Origin: an uncultured virus (IMG/VR IMGVR_UViG_2061766007_000689)
Taxonomy: Duplodnaviria; Heunggongvirae; Uroviricota; Caudoviricetes
Virus record (IMG/VR): IMGVR_UViG_2061766007_000689
Strand: one strand, 5' to 3'
Length of the DNA: 20,000 nt
In this document: piece after piece, positions 14,560 to 20,000 of the stretch
Layout: the number at the start of each line of letters is the position of its first letter
Position numbering within the stretch: position 1 is the first letter of the stretch
Notes under the pieces: model-generated
What the model was told of the DNA's origin: nothing
The model's input: only the letters and a program-made list of their open reading frames with translations
Databases searched by the model: none
Made by a program: the position numbers and the translations under genes

Positions 14560-16932
14560 ATGGCAGATAGATATGAAGATGCTAAGCAGGCATATGATGA
14601 AATAAACGAAATGTACAAGCGCAACAGGCTTGATGCTCAGGAAGCCCTCCGAAGGGGTGATGAGGGCACATACCGCCGTCTTATGGCTGAAGGCAAGGAA
14701 CTTGAGAAGCAGCGCGATGCTGCACGCAGAGCGGTTACTGCCCCTGCAGGGTCAGCAAATGCTACAAGTGTACCTAAGACACAGTACAGGTCTGCAAACA
14801 GTGCAAGTGTACCTGAGACAAAGTATAGGTCTGCAAACAGTGCAAGTGTACCTGAGACAAAGTATAGGTCAGCTAATGATGTCAGTATGCCTGCTACAGA
14901 ATATAAATCAGCAGACGGGCTTACTCCCGGCAACCGTAAGCAGGACGCTTCTGCCAGTTCTGCAGAAGCAGCGGCAAAGGCAGCAGCAGCTGCAGGAAAC
15001 GTGGATGCTTCGCGTAGGGCAATGTCTCAGGCTGCTACAGCTGACAGATATAATCAGTATATAGCAGGTGAAAGGAATAAGGTTACTAAGCCTGCCCTGC
15101 AGGACGAAGCTGCAGCACGTGAAGCCGCAGCATCAGGCAATGCGGCAAAGGCTTCATCAGCTGTCCGGCAGAGAGATGCAGCATCTGCTGTAGCAGACAG
15201 GTATGGGCAGTATGTAGCAGGTGAAAAAGCAAAAGCAGCAAATACAAATCCGCCTGCACCAACGCCATCAGGCACAGGTGCACAGACTACAGCAGGCACT
15301 TCACAGCCTGCAACTTCTGGCACGGACAGCACTTCTGGGCAGCCTGCACAGAGCAATTATTACACACAGTATTATGGACATGATATACATAAGAACGGTG
15401 CAATACCGTTTGCAGGTAAGCCGCCGGCAGAGGAACCTGACAAGCCCGGCATAGGGCAGATGGTCAAGGGCGCTGTGAACAAGCTCGGCAGGGGCTTTTA
15501 CGAGGCGCTTGCCAATGCTGACAGTGCGACGTTCAAGAGGGACATCAATGCCAAGCTGCGCGGTCAGATGACGGGTAACATTCCTGATGTACGTGCTGAG
15601 ACAGCACAGCAGGCTGCAAGGCTCTATGAGAACGATGCTGCCAACAGGTACATGGAGGCTCAGCGCGAGCAGCAGGAAGGTGAGCGTAATCCTTTCCATG
15701 AAGCAGGCAAGATAGCTGAATCACAGCAGCATGCACAGAATAAACAGCAGATTAACAATTCAGGTTTCGCAGGCGGCACGGCACAGGCTAGGCTCCGTAC
15801 TACCGTTGCTCCTGACGTTCAGGCTCAGAAAGATTTCGGTGCTAGGGCAAGGCAGCTTGCATCACAGTACCGTGAAAAGGGTGATATGCGCACACGCGAT
15901 GCCAACGAGGAGTATGGTGAGTCTAAGGAATGGCGCGTCCACTCTAGGGACTATAATAATGACCTCGATGAGTCTGCACGTCTCTCTAAGGGAGAAGGTG
16001 AGAACACTGAGGGGGAGGATAAGAAGCCTGCTGCAAATACAGATACATCTCAGCCAGCGGCAGAGACTCAGCCAGCTGCGGAACAGCCTGCAGAACAGAC
16101 TGCAGAAGAAGCTTCAGGCGGTCTGCAGAACGTAGTAAACGCTGTATTAGGCAGTAACGTGCGCCGTGTGAAATGTGAGAATGGTGCTGGTGCTGCCTAC
16201 AGAATACAGCCTGACGGCAGCTTTGTACGTGACCCTAAGAACGACGTAGGTCAGGTGCCTGATAATCCGCCGCCGTATACTGCTGAGATGGAACAGGCTG
16301 TGCAGCAGCTTACTAAGTCTGAGAAATACGGCAGAAGACCCGGCGAGACTGACGAACAGTACAAGAGCCGTGTAAACGGTGAAATGGGTCGTGGAGGCAA
16401 CTTGGGTACACAGGCTTTTGCACAGAACTACGGTAACACAGTACAGTCTGATAGCCGTATGAAGAATATACAGGGTGATGTTTCGACGGTCATGTCTGAC
16501 CTGCGTATGAAGTTCATTAAGGAAGACTATGACCGCTACGGCGAGCTTTCACCTGAGGACGTGAAGTTTATTCTCAGCCGCATGGGGAAGAAGTTCTCTC
16601 ATAATGGCAGGGACTATGATATTGATGATGAGGACGAGTGGGGTGATGACAGTGATACTGTGCTTGACGGCTATGCGGAGAACATAAGGAATTATGTCTA
16701 TAACTACAAGCCTGAAGCGCAGGCTATCGACAGCAGCATTGACCCCAATCAGGAACATATAGGACCTATGGCGCAGGACATTGAAAAAGTGAACCCTGCA
16801 TGTATTATCGAGACACCTGAGGGTGTCAAGACAGTTGATACTGGTCGCCTTGCAATGATGAATGCAGGTGCTATAGGTGACCTTGCGCGTAAGTTTGATG
16901 AGTTGGAGGCTCTTGTAAAGAATGGCAGATAA
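14560..16932 (+). CDS. Ala/Gln-rich virion-associated protein with C-terminal peptidase S74-like (intramolecular chaperone) domain (790 aa)
   Basis: SDxRMK motifs followed by YVYNYK, HIGPMAQDIEKVNP, GVKTVD and a terminal coiled coil (AIGDLARKFDELE), the usual S74 motif order. Confidence 0.8.
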   Translation: MADRYEDAKQAYDEINEMYKRNRLDAQEALRRGDEGTYRRLMAEGKELEKQRDAARRAVTAPAGSANATSVPKTQYRSANSASVPETKYRSANSASVPETKYRSANDVSMPATEYKSADGLTPGNRKQDASASSAEAAAKAAAAAGNVDASRRAMSQAATADRYNQYIAGERNKVTKPALQDEAAAREAAASGNAAKASSAVRQRDAASAVADRYGQYVAGEKAKAANTNPPAPTPSGTGAQTTAGTSQPATSGTDSTSGQPAQSNYYTQYYGHDIHKNGAIPFAGKPPAEEPDKPGIGQMVKGAVNKLGRGFYEALANADSATFKRDINAKLRGQMTGNIPDVRAETAQQAARLYENDAANRYMEAQREQQEGERNPFHEAGKIAESQQHAQNKQQINNSGFAGGTAQARLRTTVAPDVQAQKDFGARARQLASQYREKGDMRTRDANEEYGESKEWRVHSRDYNNDLDESARLSKGEGENTEGEDKKPAANTDTSQPAAETQPAAEQPAEQTAEEASGGLQNVVNAVLGSNVRRVKCENGAGAAYRIQPDGSFVRDPKNDVGQVPDNPPPYTAEMEQAVQQLTKSEKYGRRPGETDEQYKSRVNGEMGRGGNLGTQAFAQNYGNTVQSDSRMKNIQGDVSTVMSDLRMKFIKEDYDRYGELSPEDVKFILSRMGKKFSHNGRDYDIDDEDEWGDDSDTVLDGYAENIRNYVYNYKPEAQAIDSSIDPNQEHIGPMAQDIEKVNPACIIETPEGVKTVDTGRLAMMNAGAIGDLARKFDELEALVKNGR
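14752..14907 (+). repeat. Four 39-nt in-frame tandem repeats (13 aa, SANSASVPETKYR-like)
   Basis: Copies 2 and 3 (14791-14868) identical: tctgcaaacagtgcaagtgtacctgagacaaagtatagg; copies 1 and 4 diverged. Confidence 0.92.
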
Positions 16933-17908
16933 CAAACGCCCGGAAAGCTCAGGCTCGGCTTGGGAAGACTTTCAGAACTTTACAAACAGGGGAGTGACTA
17001 ATGCTTATAAGGGTGCAGGTGATGACACCGCACGCCGCCTTATGAACATAGGAGCGCCTAAGGAGCTGGCTGACCTTGTTAGAGATTACATAATGCTGAC
17101 AAGTGAGGGCAGGTCAGTTGATGAAAACGGCAAGGAGCATCAGCACTGGTTCGGTGGGAATAGAGCCAGCCGTGAGGTTCTTGCTCAAAGCATACTTGAT
17201 ATGGTCAAGCAGCTTATGAATGGCGTACAGCCGTCATACTTGAGCAAAGAAAGTGTTACTGGAAGCACGGATGCTGACGGCAACAAGATACAGGCAGGTG
17301 TTGTATCTTGGAAGCAGTATCTTGGTGCCCTTAAGACGTTCAACCCGAATGACTTATACGTCAGCGGTATGTACCCTCTTCCGGTGCCGCGCAAGGGTAA
17401 TACGAGCAGTGACATGGACCAGACAGCTGAGACACTTAAGGCATGGGTACGTGAGATAGTGTCATGGGATGATAAGCTTGGTGCATGGAGCGCACATGCT
17501 AAGAAGAAACCTGCCGGAGATAATGCAACAGGTATGTCTGCCGCACTTGACAGGATGTCAGCCAGTATGTCCGGACTTGACTCTGGTGCGCTTAGTGTGC
17601 CTGAAAAAGCCGTACAGAATCTTGAGCCAATCATTAAAAGCTGCTACAGTATGGCGCAGAACGGCGATATTGGTGGCGAGCTTAAGCAGCGTGTTGAAAG
17701 CCGTCTGGAAGCTATGAGGCAGTTCATAGACAGGGATACTGACCATTATGCAATACGCTTTGTAGGGTATGTGCTTGTAAACAAGCAGACATATCCTTAT
17801 ACGTTAGGCTGGCTTAATGACTGTGGACTTCCTACAGACAGTGTTACAGTGAGTGCTCTGATAGATGCATATAACAGAGGCAACTTTGCCAGCTACGGAG
17901 GTAATTGA
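16922..17908 (+). CDS. Hypothetical protein (328 aa), possible internal virion protein
   Basis: Overlaps upstream gene by 11 nt; GGAGG upstream; role inferred only from context. Confidence 0.75.
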   Translation: MADNKRPESSGSAWEDFQNFTNRGVTNAYKGAGDDTARRLMNIGAPKELADLVRDYIMLTSEGRSVDENGKEHQHWFGGNRASREVLAQSILDMVKQLMNGVQPSYLSKESVTGSTDADGNKIQAGVVSWKQYLGALKTFNPNDLYVSGMYPLPVPRKGNTSSDMDQTAETLKAWVREIVSWDDKLGAWSAHAKKKPAGDNATGMSAALDRMSASMSGLDSGALSVPEKAVQNLEPIIKSCYSMAQNGDIGGELKQRVESRLEAMRQFIDRDTDHYAIRFVGYVLVNKQTYPYTLGWLNDCGLPTDSVTVSALIDAYNRGNFASYGGN

Positions 17909-17910
17909 AT

Positions 17911-18570
17911 ATGACAGTAGGTATGGCACTTGATGCTATTAAGCTTGTAATGGCACTTAAAGGAAATGACTTGGTTAAGGCTGCAGCAGGAGCGGCGAAA
18001 GGTGACCCTAAGAGCATTGCAGAGCTCGGCAAAGTGCTCGGCGAGAAGTTTGGCGATGACCTTGACCCTAGTGACATAAGCACTATCGCTCAGGCTGCTG
18101 TGGCGGAACGCGACGGCGGAAGCGCCTTTGACCTTCCGGGTGTCTCTTTGGACACTATCAATGAGATAGGTATGGGTAAGCCTCTGGATTACGCACTTGA
18201 GGCAGGTGTTAATCTTGCCACTGCAGCTGCTAGGGGATACGCTGACCAGCGCCGTCTTGACGCTGACGCGCTTGCATCCGTGCTGCTACGGAAGGCTGCA
18301 CGCCGTGCTGAAAGCCCATATAGTCAGGGTCTTCTTGAAGATATGTACCGTGCTCAGGCTGCAAGATACAACAGAGATAATCTCAATGTTGCTCAGTACA
18401 TTGATAAGGCTGCTGATGCTGTTAATGCCACTTATGGCAGGTACCGTGCTGACAAGGACTACACCCGTGGTCAGAAGATGGCGCACATCAATCCTATGTC
18501 AGGCAACCGTTCGCTTGCCGAGGTGCGTCAGGCTGAGATTGCACGGCGTATCAGTGAGATGAATAAATAA
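17911..18570 (+). CDS. Ala-rich hypothetical protein (219 aa), possible internal virion/ejection protein
   Basis: Start moved to ATG 17911 (GGAGG at 17897-17901); helical Ala-rich composition. Confidence 0.75.
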   Translation: MTVGMALDAIKLVMALKGNDLVKAAAGAAKGDPKSIAELGKVLGEKFGDDLDPSDISTIAQAAVAERDGGSAFDLPGVSLDTINEIGMGKPLDYALEAGVNLATAAARGYADQRRLDADALASVLLRKAARRAESPYSQGLLEDMYRAQAARYNRDNLNVAQYIDKAADAVNATYGRYRADKDYTRGQKMAHINPMSGNRSLAEVRQAEIARRISEMNK

Positions 18571-18584
18571 GGGAGCAGACAGCT

Positions 18585-19577
18585 ATGGCAGTAGTAGGTG
18601 AGTCAATAGGAAGGGCGCTTGTAAGTAAAGCCTTAGGTGAATCAGGTGGTGAATCAAAAGGGTATACTCCGAGTGATGCTTCTACATATACAGGTGGAAT
18701 GGGGTCAAGACCAAACCCCAATGAGCATATAAGTGCCGCTGATAGCGAGGTAGCCGGAGGTCAGGCTGACCTCAGGGATAATTATGGTGTTGCCTCTGCA
18801 CGTACTGATGACATAAGAGCAGAAGGAAATGCTGTAACCAAAAGTGAGCTTGACCCACAGGGCACAGGACGTAACCTTGCCAAGAATGATTATGATGATG
18901 ATAACCTGAACAACAGGGGCTTTAACCATACGCTGAGCCTTTCAAGGCAGGCGGATGCTTACAACAATAAGCCTAGGTACACTAACGTGCGTACTACTAA
19001 TGGCAGCGGCGGTCACACATATGTGGATGCAGGTCTTGACAGACCTAAGCTTGAGACGCAGGAAATGCGCCAGATGCGTACCAACGAGCAGCTTTCTGCA
19101 CGCCAGCGTCAGCTCAGGCAGGACCTTCAGCATCTCGTCAACAAGAAGGACTACGACCTGTTCGTTGCATGGTATCAGCAGAAGTACGGTCTCAATCTCA
19201 ACCTTACGCAGGCTGAGCAGTCGGTTATTACGTTCAACCGTACACAGCAGATTGCGAATATTATTATGCAGAACCATCAGATGTACACGGAGTATCTTCG
19301 CGGATACATTGGTGCACAGCTTGCTGCGTATATTACATCGAAAGCAGGAAAAGGTGACTATATATGGACATCACTCTTCATGCAGGCATATGGCATGGCA
19401 GGTAGACCTGCTCAGCTTATGGATTACTGGGAAGAGCAGCGTGTCAAACAAGTCTATGACCTAGCGCCTAAGATTGGTGGCAACCCTGTGTCCATGCTTA
19501 ATAACATGACATATGCGTTTAGCAATATGCCTTCACAGTTGGGCAATGTACAGCAGATGCTTAATGACAAGAAATAG
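18585..19577 (+). CDS. Gly/Asn/Gln-rich hypothetical protein (330 aa), possible internal virion/ejection protein
   Basis: AAGGGAG RBS; disordered-looking N-half and Gln-rich helical C-half. Confidence 0.78.
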   Translation: MAVVGESIGRALVSKALGESGGESKGYTPSDASTYTGGMGSRPNPNEHISAADSEVAGGQADLRDNYGVASARTDDIRAEGNAVTKSELDPQGTGRNLAKNDYDDDNLNNRGFNHTLSLSRQADAYNNKPRYTNVRTTNGSGGHTYVDAGLDRPKLETQEMRQMRTNEQLSARQRQLRQDLQHLVNKKDYDLFVAWYQQKYGLNLNLTQAEQSVITFNRTQQIANIIMQNHQMYTEYLRGYIGAQLAAYITSKAGKGDYIWTSLFMQAYGMAGRPAQLMDYWEEQRVKQVYDLAPKIGGNPVSMLNNMTYAFSNMPSQLGNVQQMLNDKK

Positions 19578-19585
19578 GAGGAATC

Positions 19586-20000
19586 ATGCTACAGGTAGAT
19601 ATAGTACCGTTTGCCAGTGACGCGCTTGAAGACGCTATGAAGCTTGCGCAGACGAAAGCCCTGAACAGCTACACGTTCTCTGACTGCATGACGTTCCTTA
19701 ACTATGTATGGTCGGACATTTATTCACAGATGGCGACCGTTGATTCAGGTTTCTACAGCAAGACGGTACGCCTTAGGCAGACTCTTACAAGGCTGCCGAA
19801 GTTCGTCAAGAACAGTGTCACCGTGTATTCCGCGCAGAGACCTGATGATGGAAGCAGGCGTGATGTGTACACACAGTCGCGCAACAGTGACTTCCGAAGC
19901 TGTAGGACATACCACATATCCGGCATGGACCTTTTGTGTCCTGATGCCGAGCGCACTACGGTGTGGCTTGAGTATGTTCCGCAGCCCCAGCAGATTTTCT
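19586..20000 (+). CDS. Putative head-tail adaptor, 3'-partial (not in ORF track)
   Basis: AGGAGG RBS; MLQVDIVPFASDALEDAMKLAQ...SDCMTFLNYVWSDIYS...YHISGMDLLCPD...VWLEYVPQP, open to the window end; helix-helix-beta pattern resembles podoviral adaptors (recalled). Confidence 0.6.
   Translation, partial: MLQVDIVPFASDALEDAMKLAQTKALNSYTFSDCMTFLNYVWSDIYSQMATVDSGFYSKTVRLRQTLTRLPKFVKNSVTVYSAQRPDDGSRRDVYTQSRNSDFRSCRTYHISGMDLLCPDAERTTVWLEYVPQPQQIF

Larger units (their letters stand above)
1..20000. mobile_element. Segment of a tailed dsDNA bacteriophage/prophage genome (podovirus-like packaging and virion module plus divergent small-gene arm)
   Basis: Terminase ATPase/nuclease motifs, portal-like gene, S74-like chaperone domain, adaptor-like gene; dense overlapping genes; no cellular housekeeping genes. 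Confidence 0.93.

Noticed and set aside
14752..14907. 39-nt repeats as CRISPR or DGR template/variable repeats
   Set aside because: In-frame tandem coding repeats without spacers; differences are not adenine-specific and no reverse transcriptase is visible
3194..19577. Stop-codon reassignment as in some gut phages
   Set aside because: Genes are full length under the standard code; TAG, TGA and TAA each end genes directly before the next RBS or start
3320..19956. Many antisense and alternate-frame ORFs of 60-192 aa over the right arm
   Set aside because: Shadows of long plus-strand genes with biased codon usage; no convincing RBS or protein-like composition
1..20000. Host assignment, tRNA genes, integrase or att sites
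   Set aside because: No tRNA-like cloverleaf, integrase or host gene recognised; sigma70 promoters and Shine-Dalgarno sites do not identify a host

Overview
The window looks like part of a tailed dsDNA bacteriophage (or prophage) with two divergent arms. Left arm (minus strand, 1-2326): about eight small, tightly packed hypothetical genes, probably early/accessory. Centre (2327-3193): an ~870-bp non-coding region with a near-consensus sigma70 promoter inside a 30-bp dyad, 21-bp tandem repeats, short reiterated motifs, A-tracts and a possible structured RNA. Right arm (plus strand, 3194-20000): ParB-like protein; terminase with an ~200-aa N-terminal extension resembling a small subunit; a 732-aa charged protein; portal; a small membrane-anchored zinc-ribbon gene; a probable single ~1460-aa tail protein split by a 28-N scaffold gap; a 790-aa repeat-rich protein ending in a peptidase S74-like domain with two SDxRMK motifs; three Gly/Ala/Gln-rich putative virion proteins; and a partial head-tail adaptor. 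The layout suggests a podovirus. I recognised no capsid, integrase, tRNA, rRNA or CRISPR array. GATC and CCWGG appear strongly avoided. All functional calls are motif-based by eye; no searches were run.
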